This document shows positions 7,531 through 17,511 of a DNA stretch of 20,041 bases, piece after piece; within the stretch, counting starts at the first letter, position 1, and the number at the start of each line of letters is the position of its first letter. This DNA is from Candidatus Moanibacter sp. Lineage in GTDB: Bacteria > Verrucomicrobiota > Verrucomicrobiia > Opitutales > UBA2987. The DNA lies in NCBI GenBank assembly GCA_965215885.1, contig CBDCEW010000028.1:1-20041 (forward strand), given 5' to 3'. The translations under genes and the position numbers were made by a program. The notes under the pieces were generated by a model. That model was not told the origin of the DNA. It worked only from the letters and a program-made list of their open reading frames with translations, and ran no database searches.

Positions 7531-10500
7531 TCCGACGCCATCGAATCCTTTAACTCCGAGTTCTGCCCGTCAGTAGTGAAGTAGGCATCGACATCGGCGA
7601 CGAAGGTATCGGCTACCGGAGGTAGAATACCGTCACCGAGATCCGGCCGCAACGTGCTGTCAGTGATGGAACGCCGCCCATCTGTCGCAAGGATGGGGAA
7701 AGGGTAGACAGCACCGGCAGTATCGATCTGAAGACTGCCGGTCGCCTCCGCCAAATCGCCTCCGTTGATGAGAATCGCTGTAAGTGACGAATCGGGATCG
7801 ATACGAATGGTGGGCGCGGTAGTGCCAGAAGGTGTGATATCGCCGACAAAGAGAAACTGTCGAAAGGCGACACGATCGGCAAAGATCCCTATCGCGGCAT
7901 CATCGCCCACAAAATTGGCATTTGCTGCATTGATGCCCCCGATTTCACGCGTCTCACCCTCGGGCACGGGTACGACGATATCGCTGATGTCTGCGATCCC
8001 GTCGACCGAGCCCGAAAAAGTGTCTTCTTTGATCAAGGAAAGATCCACACGCGCCGAATCATTCCCTGCTGTAAAGACAGAGAAAAAAGTGATCGCGGTC
8101 GAGTTTTCGATGGCAAAAGAGGCCAGCCCCTGTGCATACTTTACAGTTGGCTGATCGTAGGGCGAATCGCGTTCCAACTCTGCATCGCCCAGTTCGATCG
8201 TTAAAGTAGTGGCTGGGTCTTCGCTACCAAACTCGGCGAAGACCAAGTCACCGTCCGGATCGAGAAAGGATACCCGAGTGATTTCACCAGCCACCGAGGA
8301 AAACATGGCACTGGAACCAACCAACTCAAAACCATTGTAGGTATTCCCCTGAAATACCGTGCCGTCGTCGACAAACCTTGCAGCTCCTCCCGGGACGAGG
8401 GCAAACTCCACGACCACCGTAACGGTGGCGCTGTCGGTTCCCCCTCTACCGTCGCTGATGCGGTATCGGAAGGAATCTGTCCCGACAAATCCCGCGTCAG
8501 GGGTATACAAAATAGTGTTATCGTCACTGAGTTCGGCTCTTCCATAGTCCGGAAAAGCCAAAACCCTGAGGTTGAGATTGTCGCCGTCGGGATCGGAGTC
8601 GTTATCCAGGACGTCAACAGTGACGGGCATGTCAATGTCGGTGGTAGACGCATCGTCCTCTGCTACGGGAGACCGAAACCCGGAACCGCTCAACATTACG
8701 CCTTCTGACTCCACCCCAAGCGCGTTGCTCTGTGTCAAATTGGCAGTTTTCAAGCCCGAAGTGGAAGGATTAAAGGACACCATTATCACCCGAGATTCGC
8801 CCGGCTCCAGCTCCGTCTCACCGGAGTCACTCGTGATTGAGAAGTTACTAGAACCCTCGATCGCGATGGAAATTCCGGAGATCGTTTCACTACCTGAGTA
8901 TGCAAGAGTGACCGTCTCTGGAGAGGTCGAACCTCCACTCACCTCAATCGATGGAAACTCGATTGCGGCAGGTGAAAAAGAAAGTTCAGGCAATTCCGAA
9001 ACCGGGAGAGCAGCCCCGCTGATCAGAAGCAGGTTTCCCACGTCTACAGTGCCGGGACTCAGCCCATTGCCTTCCATCTCGTTCACAATAATGTCTACTC
9101 GGCCATCGCCGTCGATGTCGCCCGCCGCCGCGCTGTAACAGATAATATCGCCGGAATCGCTCCCCGCCCGACCGTTGGCCCCATCAATCTGGGTTATTCT
9201 CAAGGTACTGGGAGGCGGGAGGCCGGAAGACGCAAGATCGATTACTTCCGGCCACTCCTTATTCTGCCCGAAGAGCACATGCATGGTCCCGGCATTGATC
9301 CTCCCCTGTGGATCATCTTTGGGGTTGCCAATGAGCAAGTCCGCCAAACCGTCCCCATTGAAATCTCCCTGCGCTGTCGTATCGGTTCCAATGGATCCGG
9401 CCGTTGGCCCCGCCACCACACTGAATCGGATTTCCTCAGGCGGTTCGTCCATACCAAAGTTCAATCCTTTCAAAGATCCCGCATCGAATATTAGATAGCC
9501 AATTCCTGAATTGGTGCCATTACCGCCATTTCCGATGAGATCTCCCAAAAATAGATCCGCTGAACCATCGCCGTCATAATCCAGCCCCCCAACGATATCT
9601 TCCGCGAATTCACTGTTTGCATTCGAACCTTCGATCACACTGCTCTCACCCATGGTCGGCTCCGTAATTGTGAATTCGTAACCAGCCGGCCATGCCCCTT
9701 CCGGAAAATTGTCGTCCCATGCGATAAAAGCGTCCCGTCCGTCGATCCGCCGAAGCTCATTCCAGTCCCGGAAGACGCTCCCGGAAGCCGGATACCGGCA
9801 CCCGACCGCGTCAGTGCGGCCGCCGCCAACACTTCGCTTCGACCGTTTCCGTCGAGGTCAGCGATCTGGCAGGTAGCCCCGAAATGGTAACTCGTGCTTC
9901 CTTCGGGTGGATGTATTCGCGCCAGGTTCCCGACAAGTGCCGTAGCGCCAAAGTCCGCCAGATCGACTGTCTGGCTCGAATCCAGATGCGCCCCTCCCCG
10001 AATCACATAGACGGCGCCGCGGTTGGGCTCATCCATGCCGTCGACTTCATCGGAACCCACCACGATATCCGCAATACCGTCGCCGGTCACATCTCCCGTT
10101 CTCGTCCATATACCGAGACGATCATACGCGCTCACTCCAAAAAACGTAACAAGCGTTATTGCGGGTGAAGGATCTCGCAGATCCAGGTAAGCCAGACCGG
10201 CTGCATGATCGCGCAGGGCATTGCTCCCAACGACAATAGTAAGCGCTCCCGCGCCCTCCCGGCCCGCTCCCGGCGTAAAGTTCTGGCGGCAAATCAGGAG
10301 ATCTCCAAGTCCGTCGCCCGTTACGTCGTCCACCCAGATCTCCCCTCCCGCCACCTCGAAGTCCTGATCGCCGGCGATCTTCAAAATTCCCTCTTGAAAG
10401 CCCACCGTGTCAACGGCGCCCCCGATCGTGCCATCCCCAAAAATAAGCGCAACCTCCCCGGCGCCGTCCCGTCCCAGAGGATCGGCCTGAATCGCGGCGA

Positions 10501-10735
10501 ACGCGTAGTCGGCAAATCCGTCGCCATCGCAGTCGAATCCACCCGCCACCGGCACGCCTAGATTCCCGTTGCCCACCGATCCGTAGAACCGCGACACTAC
10601 TCCCGCTTCAGTTCCCGCTTCTTCCAGATCAAAGAGTTCCTGGGCGACCGCGTATCCGTGACCTGCCAGCAGCGCACAAAATGTCAGGAATGTCCCCCCG
10701 GCCCGGGGGAAGGGGATCTTCACACAATGATTCAT
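7527..10735 (-). CDS. Large secreted FG-GAP (integrin-alpha-like beta-propeller) protein with Ig-like domains; one frameshift
   Basis: Signal peptide; multiple Ca-binding blades (DCDGDGFAD, DVTGDGIAD, DLDGNGRSE, DFNGDGLAD, DIDGDGRVD); Ig domain (LEPGES...VSFNP...G); cadherin-like/Big_9 repeat (VLDNDSDPDGD...YTPDAGFVGTDSFRYRISDG). Adding one base to the A4 run at 9726-9729 joins the two ORFs into about 1069 aa. Confidence 0.85.
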
Positions 10736-10901
10736 TCGGTTTGAGACAAACTTATCTACGAAAATATAACAACAAATTTGCTATCTCGTATGTGAAAGAC
10801 AAATCTCACTAATCTGGAACTTCACTGCCGTATTCCAACATTCCAGGAAATGGCAATTTGTAGGTACATCCACCACCCAAGTGGGTATATCCAGAGGTAA
10901 A

Positions 10902-10976
10902 TGGAGGCGCGGGCCGGAATCGAACCGGCGTATAGGAGTTTTGCAGACTCCGGCCTTACCACTTGGCTACCGCGCC
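10902..10976 (-). tRNA. tRNA-Cys (GCA)
   Basis: GGCGCGG acceptor stem, anticodon loop CTGCAAA, GGTTCGATTCC T-arm, encoded CCA. Confidence 0.97.
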
Positions 10977-11143
10977 AACGATTAAAAGGAATGTTCTCTT
11001 ATAAGATACATCCCTTTGTGACTTTCAAGCTGTTTTTTGTCGCACCAGAACTCCTTTCCTTACATTCCGCTTCTGTTTTCTCCAGATCAGGCTCAAATTA
11101 AGGAATGACATCGGGTTGTCTCTCTGCACCATACTGCCGGGAT

Positions 11144-11923
11144 ATGGCGGCTACAATATTTACGATTGCAAATCAGAAAGGTGGGGTCGGCAAGACTACC
11201 ACTGCCGTCAACCTTGGGGCGGCTCTGGCACAAAGAGCAGTCAGGACACTGATCGTGGATTTGGATCCCCAGGCCAACGCCACCAGTGCCCTGGGTATGG
11301 CAAGGGATACCAAACAGAGCATATACGGACCTATCTCCGGTGAAGGAGAAGCCCGAGAAGCAATCATTTCCACGCCCTACGAAAATCTCTTTCTGATTCC
11401 CTCCGAAGTCGATCTGGCCGCTACCGAAATCGAGTTGGCGCGACGTGAAGACTATCTCATACAACTCCGCCGCTGCATCGAACCTCTCAAGGACTCAGGT
11501 GAGTACGACACGATCATTGTAGACTGCCCCCCAGCCTTGGGTCTGCTTTCCATGAATGGTCTGGCAGCGGCCGATCATCTGCTCATTACACTGCAATGCG
11601 AATACCTCGCCATGGAAGGCCTGGGACAGATTCTTTCCGTAGTTGATCAACTAAAGGAAGCGGGGGTAAACCGGGTCTTGGATATCGGCGGTATAATAAT
11701 GACGATGTACGACTCCCGCACCAACCTCAATCGACAGGTTGTCGGTGAAATCCGCCGTCATTTCGGTGAACTCGTCTTTAATACCGTAATTCCAAGAACG
11801 GTGCGTCTCAGCGAAGCACCCAGCTTTGGAAAGCCGATCTTTCAGTACGATGGTCTGGGACAAGGAGCGATCGCATATAAACACCTTTCGTTCGAGGTAA
11901 TCGAACGATTCAACCTGAAGTGA
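11144..11923 (+). CDS. parA: ParA/Soj-family ATPase
   Basis: ANQKGGVGKTTT deviant Walker A, DLDPQANAT, VDCPP, IPRTVRLSEAPSFG; ATG 11144 preferred. Confidence 0.92.
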   Translation: MAATIFTIANQKGGVGKTTTAVNLGAALAQRAVRTLIVDLDPQANATSALGMARDTKQSIYGPISGEGEAREAIISTPYENLFLIPSEVDLAATEIELARREDYLIQLRRCIEPLKDSGEYDTIIVDCPPALGLLSMNGLAAADHLLITLQCEYLAMEGLGQILSVVDQLKEAGVNRVLDIGGIIMTMYDSRTNLNRQVVGEIRRHFGELVFNTVIPRTVRLSEAPSFGKPIFQYDGLGQGAIAYKHLSFEVIERFNLK

Positions 11924-11930
11924 TGCCGCC

Positions 11931-12638
11931 ATGGTCGACGAGATTAAGAAACTGAGAAAACTTCAGAGGCGGATCGGCTACCGCTTCAAGGATCCCGAAT
12001 TATTCTTGCGCAGTATGACGCACCCTTCCTTTTCCCGCCAGGAAACCCATCTCGGCGGTCACAACCAGCGCCTGGAATTCCTCGGCGACGCCGTCCTTTC
12101 AACCATTCTTGCCGACCGGCTTTTTCACCTTCTCCCCGCCGAACGTGAAGGTACTTTGAGTCAATGCCGTTCCGCCCTCTCGCGCGGCACGAACCTGGCC
12201 GATCTTTCACGTAAATTGGGACTTCCCTGCTACATCCGGATGAGTGAAAGCGAGGAGCAAAATGGAGGCCGCGATCGCGACTCCATCCTTGAAGACGCTT
12301 TGGAGGCTTTAATCGGGGCCATCTATCTCGATAGCGGATGGAAGGCCGCCAAAAAGACTGTCCTCGCCTGGTATGGCAACATCGACCAGCTCCTCGAGTT
12401 TCTGCTTACGGGCCAGAATCCAAAAGGGGACCTCCAGGAATTCGTCCAACCGAAATTCGGCAACGATGCCATCAAATACGCAGTTACGGAAGAATCCGGA
12501 CCAGCCCACAAGAAATCCTTCAAAGTCGAAGTACTCATCAAAGGAAAGATGATGGGGTACGGTGAGGGTTCTTCAAAGAAAGAAGCGGAAGAGATTGCGG
12601 CGCGCAGCGCTCTTATGAAGTGGAGGGATTCCACCTAG
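11931..12638 (+). CDS. rnc: Ribonuclease III
   Basis: NQRLEFLGDAVL signature, EDALEALIGAIYLD, C-terminal dsRBD (GPAHKKSF...GSSKKEAE). Confidence 0.97.
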   Translation: MVDEIKKLRKLQRRIGYRFKDPELFLRSMTHPSFSRQETHLGGHNQRLEFLGDAVLSTILADRLFHLLPAEREGTLSQCRSALSRGTNLADLSRKLGLPCYIRMSESEEQNGGRDRDSILEDALEALIGAIYLDSGWKAAKKTVLAWYGNIDQLLEFLLTGQNPKGDLQEFVQPKFGNDAIKYAVTEESGPAHKKSFKVEVLIKGKMMGYGEGSSKKEAEEIAARSALMKWRDST

Positions 12639-12719
12639 TCCCGCTCAGCGGGGATCGGACTTTATGCCTCTTTCGAGGAAAATACTCGGTTCCATTCCGA
12701 TCCCGCTGAGCGGGACTAG
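12635..12719. repeat. Family-A REPIN/MITE-like element (85 bp)
   Basis: 24-bp IRs CTAGTCCCGCTCAGCGGG(G)ATCGGA / TCCGATCCCGCTGAGCGGGACTAG, each holding the palindrome CCCGCT-N-AGCGGG; starts at the rnc TAG. Confidence 0.88.
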
Positions 12720-12819
12720 AAAGGATTCTGTCGGTCTTGTCTGGATCGGAATGTCGAGCCGTCACCTTGAAATATATACCATGGAAATGTTAGGAACGCT
12801 AAATCCGACAGATTCCTAG
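12716..12819. repeat. Family-B MITE-like module (CTAG...CTAG, 100-bp period)
   Basis: IRs AGGATTCTGTCGG / CCGACAGATTCCT; shares CTAG 12716-12719 with the family-A element; homologous to 726-829. Confidence 0.82.
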
Positions 12820-12826
12820 CCTGGAG

Positions 12827-15800
12827 ATGAAGACCGCCACACTGTCTGATCCGCGAAACGCTACCCTCTTAACGGGAATTACGGAAGTAGCCGTGCCCGC
12901 CATCTGCAGCGCTCTATTTCGAGAATCTGAAGCTCCCGTCACTATAATCTTTACACGAAGTCACTCCCAATCCGAACAGTGGTCCGAGAATCTCGAGTTC
13001 TTTAGCAAGTCCTTCTTTGAAGAGGTCACTCCGAAAGTAGAGATACTCCCCGATCTTCCCGCCCTGGATTCGGATGACCCGCGTTCCTTTGAGAGTCACT
13101 ATAATCTTTACACGTCACTGAATCTCGAGTTCTTTAGCAAGTCCTTCTTTGAAGAGGTCACTCCGAAAGTAGAGATACTCCCCGATCTTCCCGCCCTGGA
13201 TTCGGATGACCCGCGTTCCTTTGAGACTGAATGCGATCGCCTGGCCACCCTCACCGCTTTTAAAGACCACAGGAGCGCTTCGGGATCCGAACGGCCGTTA
13301 GTCATCTTCACCACTCCACGGGGATTCTTTCACCCGGTTCCCGCCTTAACCGCCCTATCCGCGGGCGAGATTCGTATCAGGGTTGGCGGCCGTTGCGAAT
13401 TTCGGGAGATCCTGGACAGACTCGCCGGCCAGCTCCGCTACGACTCCGAGGTGCTCTGTGAAAATCCCGGACAATTTGCCGTTCGCGGAGGGTTAATCGA
13501 CGTGTATCCGGTTAACGCCCAACAACCCTACCGCATCGACTTTTTCGGAGACGAGATTGAGGCAATCAAGTCCTTCGATCCCACCACCCAGCGATCGCTC
13601 GAGAATCATGATGCAATTAGCATCTCCTCAATACAGTTTCGAAGAGCGCAAGTCCGGGAACACAATATTTTCGGTTATCTCCCTGACCATATGCGCTGGA
13701 TATTTTCGGAGCCGGGCTGCCTTATTCGAGAATTCCCCGCCTGCTTCCATTTTCCGGAAGATATCCCGTCTCCCTTTCCCAATTTTCAAACGCTCTTTGA
13801 TCATCGCCGCACAAACCTCGATAAATGGTTGGCCCTGACTGATCTCGACGCCGAAGATCCCATATTTGGAACCTCCTGTGGGAGGCGTGCCATGAATTCC
13901 GAGCCTTTGAGCAACTACCGCACTCTCAGCCTCGAATCAGAACTGGGTATCGACCGTGTAAATTCGGAACAGGAGGCGCGAAATCGGTTTCTTCTTCAGG
14001 TGCTCGAATGGCAACGGGAATCCTGTGCAATCTACTGCGTCACTAATAACGAAGGAGAGGAGAACCGCCTCAAGGAGATTCTTCACCGCGACGACGAACT
14101 CAAGCTCATCCGTCCACACTACCTCCGCGGTTCCCTGCGCGACGGATTCCGTATCACTTTCAACGATCCGGATGACACCGTGCACTGGTCTCTTCCCAAG
14201 GGTACCACCGGCGTTGTCGTCCTCTCCGACAGCGAGATTTTCGGTCGCTATCGCTCTTCCCTTGCGGGAGCTCGAAGACGCAGACTTCCTTCGCGTGCCC
14301 AGGTTGACCAACTCCTCGATTTTTCGGATCTCGTCGAAGGGGATCCTCTCGTTCACCTTCAGCACGGTATATGCTTCTATCGCGGTCTCACAACCATGGA
14401 CGTGCGGGGGAGAAACGAGGAAGTGATCTCCCTTGAGTTTGACGAGGAAATTACTTTGCATCTTCCGCTCAGCGAGTCCCACCTCCTCACACGCTATGTC
14501 GGCCTCACCAAGATCAGGCCAAAACTGGGACGGCTGGGAACCCGGTCCTGGGAGAAAACGCGTCGTGCCGCCGAAAAAGCGACCCTCGATTTCGCGGCTG
14601 ATCTCTTAAATCTGCAGGCCAAACGAAATCTCATGGAAGGCCACGCCTTTTCCCCTGACAGCGACTGGCAGGTGGAATTTGAACAGTCCTTTATTTATCG
14701 GGAGACTCCCGACCAACTCCAGGCCATTGAGGATGCCAAGAGCGATCTCGAATTGCCCAGGCCGATGGACCGACTTATCTGTGGCGACGTCGGTTACGGG
14801 AAAACCGAAGTAGCCCTGCGCGCGTCTTTTAAAACTGTTATGGACGGGATGCAGGTAGCCGTCCTGGTGCCGACTACTGTTCTCGCCCAACAGCATCTGA
14901 ATACCTTTCGTGAACGCGTGGCCGATTATCCGATTACGGTTGAGATGCTCAGCCGTTTCCGAACGAAATCACAACAGAGCCAAATCCTCTCCCAATTGCG
15001 CACAGGTCGTGTCGATATCATTATCGGAACTCACCGGCTCCTCAGCGGAGACATCTCTTTTAATCGTCTCGGGCTGCTCATCATCGACGAAGAACATCGA
15101 TTCGGTGTAGGTCACAAAGAGAAACTGAAACGACTCAAAGAAGATGTTGACGTCCTCAACATGAGTGCCACTCCCATTCCACGCACTCTCTACCTTGCCC
15201 TCGTAGGGGCGAGGGATCTGAGCGTTATCGAAACCCCACCTCTTGACCGTCTTCCCATCCATACCGTGGTAAAGAGTTACAACGTCGATCTGGTTAAGGA
15301 TTCAATTTCCTATGAGATCGCGCGAGGGGGTCAGGTCTTCTACCTGCACAATCGAGTCCAAACCATCGATTCGGTGGCGCGCAGACTTCAGGATCTGCTT
15401 CCCGATCTGCGTATCGCAATCGGCCACGGGCAGATGGAGGAAAGGGTTCTGGAAGACATTATGACGCGTTTTGTGACCGGGGAATTCGACGTTCTTGTTT
15501 GCACAACCATAATTGAGTCAGGTCTGGATATTCCCAATTGTAACACCATTATCATCGAGGGTGCCGATCGCTTCGGCCTATCCCAACTCTATCAGCTGCG
15601 AGGCCGAGTCGGCCGGTTTAAGCGACAGGCTTACGCATATCTGCTCCTCCACCGGCATACCCAGCTGATCGACCAGGCTCGCAAACGCCTTTCCGCCATC
15701 CGCCAATACAACCAGCTGGGCGCCGGCTTCAAAATCGCCATGAGAGACCTCGAACTGCGCGGAGCCGGTAATCTACTCGGCGCCGAACAGAGCGGCTACA

Positions 15801-16474
15801 TCGCCGGGGTTGGGTTCGAACTCTACTGTCAGCTCCTGCGCCAAAGTATCTCCAGGCTTAAGGGAGAGAAGGGAGCGGACACCATACGCGCCACCCTCTA
15901 CCTCGATTTCGTTGTCATGGGCGAAGGCGAAAATCGATCTTCCAGCGAAGTTCGCGTCGGTTTCGCGGTACTGAAAGAAGCTGAACTGGCCAGATCGAGG
16001 ATTGAGACGACGGAAGCCTACCTACCGTCATCTTATCTCGAGGAATCGCGCCTCCGTATTGATTTTTATCGTCAGCTCGCCATGGCCCCCAAGATTTCCG
16101 AAGTAAGGGAGATCGGTATCGCCCTTGAAGATCGCTTCGGTCCATACCCTGAGGAAGTACAAGCCCTGATTCTTGTAACGGAAATTCGATGTCTTGCGGA
16201 AGAGAAAGGAATCCTCTCCGTCGAGACTGAAGGCGATCGGTTGAAGTGCCTGAGGGCCTCCTCGAAAAAGGACGATTATATCAGAATCAAAAATCGCTTC
16301 CCCCGCCTCAAAGCATCTGCCCCTATTTTAAGATTGAAAGAAATTCGAACTTTCTTGAAAAGGAGTGGGTCAAAAGATGGGAGCCGATTCTCGAAACGGA
16401 GCAGCCGCGGCGCTTTAACCAGGAGCCTGCCGGACTCTGCCGACAGACTCCTGGAGACAAGAAAGTGGAACTGA
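12827..16474 (+). CDS. mfd: Transcription-repair coupling factor
   Basis: UvrB-homology region (GQFAVRGGLIDVYP), RID (GDPLVHLQHGI), CGDVGYGKTEVA, DEEHRFG, SATPIPRTL, QLRGRVGR, TRG motif (DLELRGAGNLLGAEQSG). Confidence 0.97.
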   Translation: MKTATLSDPRNATLLTGITEVAVPAICSALFRESEAPVTIIFTRSHSQSEQWSENLEFFSKSFFEEVTPKVEILPDLPALDSDDPRSFESHYNLYTSLNLEFFSKSFFEEVTPKVEILPDLPALDSDDPRSFETECDRLATLTAFKDHRSASGSERPLVIFTTPRGFFHPVPALTALSAGEIRIRVGGRCEFREILDRLAGQLRYDSEVLCENPGQFAVRGGLIDVYPVNAQQPYRIDFFGDEIEAIKSFDPTTQRSLENHDAISISSIQFRRAQVREHNIFGYLPDHMRWIFSEPGCLIREFPACFHFPEDIPSPFPNFQTLFDHRRTNLDKWLALTDLDAEDPIFGTSCGRRAMNSEPLSNYRTLSLESELGIDRVNSEQEARNRFLLQVLEWQRESCAIYCVTNNEGEENRLKEILHRDDELKLIRPHYLRGSLRDGFRITFNDPDDTVHWSLPKGTTGVVVLSDSEIFGRYRSSLAGARRRRLPSRAQVDQLLDFSDLVEGDPLVHLQHGICFYRGLTTMDVRGRNEEVISLEFDEEITLHLPLSESHLLTRYVGLTKIRPKLGRLGTRSWEKTRRAAEKATLDFAADLLNLQAKRNLMEGHAFSPDSDWQVEFEQSFIYRETPDQLQAIEDAKSDLELPRPMDRLICGDVGYGKTEVALRASFKTVMDGMQVAVLVPTTVLAQQHLNTFRERVADYPITVEMLSRFRTKSQQSQILSQLRTGRVDIIIGTHRLLSGDISFNRLGLLIIDEEHRFGVGHKEKLKRLKEDVDVLNMSATPIPRTLYLALVGARDLSVIETPPLDRLPIHTVVKSYNVDLVKDSISYEIARGGQVFYLHNRVQTIDSVARRLQDLLPDLRIAIGHGQMEERVLEDIMTRFVTGEFDVLVCTTIIESGLDIPNCNTIIIEGADRFGLSQLYQLRGRVGRFKRQAYAYLLLHRHTQLIDQARKRLSAIRQYNQLGAGFKIAMRDLELRGAGNLLGAEQSGYIAGVGFELYCQLLRQSISRLKGEKGADTIRATLYLDFVVMGEGENRSSSEVRVGFAVLKEAELARSRIETTEAYLPSSYLEESRLRIDFYRQLAMAPKISEVREIGIALEDRFGPYPEEVQALILVTEIRCLAEEKGILSVETEGDRLKCLRASSKKDDYIRIKNRFPRLKASAPILRLKEIRTFLKRSGSKDGSRFSKRSSRGALTRSLPDSADRLLETRKWN
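12938..13226 (+). repeat. In-frame tandem duplication within mfd
   Basis: 12988-13094 is identical to 13120-13226 (107 bp); copy 2 (13095-13226, 132 bp) equals copy 1 (12938-13094) minus 3-bp and 22-bp segments. Confidence 0.95.
16419..16454. repeat. Minimal family-B hairpin inside the mfd 3' end
   Basis: CCAGGAGCCTGCCGG-ACTCTG-CCGACAGACTCCTGG; the arms resemble the family-B IR CTAGGAATCTGTCGG. Confidence 0.65.
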
Positions 16475-16486
16475 GCGAAATCCGGA

Positions 16487-17476
16487 ATGTCAGGAAGATC
16501 GAAATACTCGGCAATTCTTCTGTGGCTGTTTACCACAACCTCACTTGGCGCCCAGACCGTCCATAATATCTGGGAGCCTCCCTTTAAGCACGGTATTGCC
16601 GCTGTCGCTGAAGATCGCGTCATCACTTTTGAACAACTGCGAAGGGAAATGGCTCCCCTTATCGGCCAGCTCCGCTCGAGATCGGGCTCTGCGGTGGAGT
16701 TTGAGCGCCAGATGGAGGAACTCTACTTTGAAGTGCTTCAACAGCTCATCGATCGCGTCCTCATCGTGAAGGACTTTTACAGCGATGAAAATAGAAGGAT
16801 ACCCAGATCGGTAGTCGATAATGAATACGACCGAATCCTTATCGAAGACTTTAACAATGATCGCAGGAAATTCCTTGAGAGCCTCCGATCCGAAGGTAAG
16901 AGCGCCCGTAAATTTCGCAAGGATCTCGAAGAAAATATCATCGTTAGCGTGATGCGCGGACAGATGCGTAAGTCCCAGTCGGAAATCAGCCCGGAAAAGA
17001 TCGAGGGGTTTTACAATCAAAATAAAATACACTTTTTTCAGGAAGAGAGCGTGCACCTCCGCCTCATCATGCTCAAACCTCTCGCAGATGAGCCAAAGGA
17101 CTTGCTTAGACAGAATGCCGAGCGCATAATATCCGAACTCGAAGAGGGCGGTGAATTCGCGAATTTGGCAAAGAGATACAGCCAGGACTCACGTAGCGAT
17201 CGCGGTGGCGATTGGGGTTGGATAAATCGGGCCGATCTACGCGGAGAACTGAGTGAGGCCGCGTTCGATCTCGATCGCAACAAGTTCAGTGAGCCCATCG
17301 AATTGGGAAACCAGCTTTTTATCCTCTATCTCGAGAATAAGCGCGACGAAGGAATACAGCCATTGAGCCATGTGCGGGACCGGATCGAAAGTATTCTTTC
17401 CGGTCAATTAGCCCGTGAGGCACAAAATCGCTGGCTGCGCCGCCTGCGCAAGGATTCCTACGTAAAGTACTACTGA
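16487..17476 (+). CDS. SurA/PpiC-type peptidyl-prolyl isomerase chaperone
   Basis: Signal peptide, SurA-N-like region (IAAVAEDRVIT...LIDRVLI), parvulin domain (FANLAKRYSQD...GGDWGW). Confidence 0.9.
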   Translation: MSGRSKYSAILLWLFTTTSLGAQTVHNIWEPPFKHGIAAVAEDRVITFEQLRREMAPLIGQLRSRSGSAVEFERQMEELYFEVLQQLIDRVLIVKDFYSDENRRIPRSVVDNEYDRILIEDFNNDRRKFLESLRSEGKSARKFRKDLEENIIVSVMRGQMRKSQSEISPEKIEGFYNQNKIHFFQEESVHLRLIMLKPLADEPKDLLRQNAERIISELEEGGEFANLAKRYSQDSRSDRGGDWGWINRADLRGELSEAAFDLDRNKFSEPIELGNQLFILYLENKRDEGIQPLSHVRDRIESILSGQLAREAQNRWLRRLRKDSYVKYY

Positions 17477-17511
17477 ATCTCCTTCAAAATACGGCGCGGT
17501 ATTCCAGAGTC

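Noticed and set aside
10736..10901. Island integrated at tRNA-Cys covering the left arm
   Set aside because: No duplicate of the tRNA 3' end and no integrase seen in the window; cannot be supported.
10901..11101. 66-aa ORF MEARAGIEPAY
   Set aside because: Antisense translation of tRNA-Cys.
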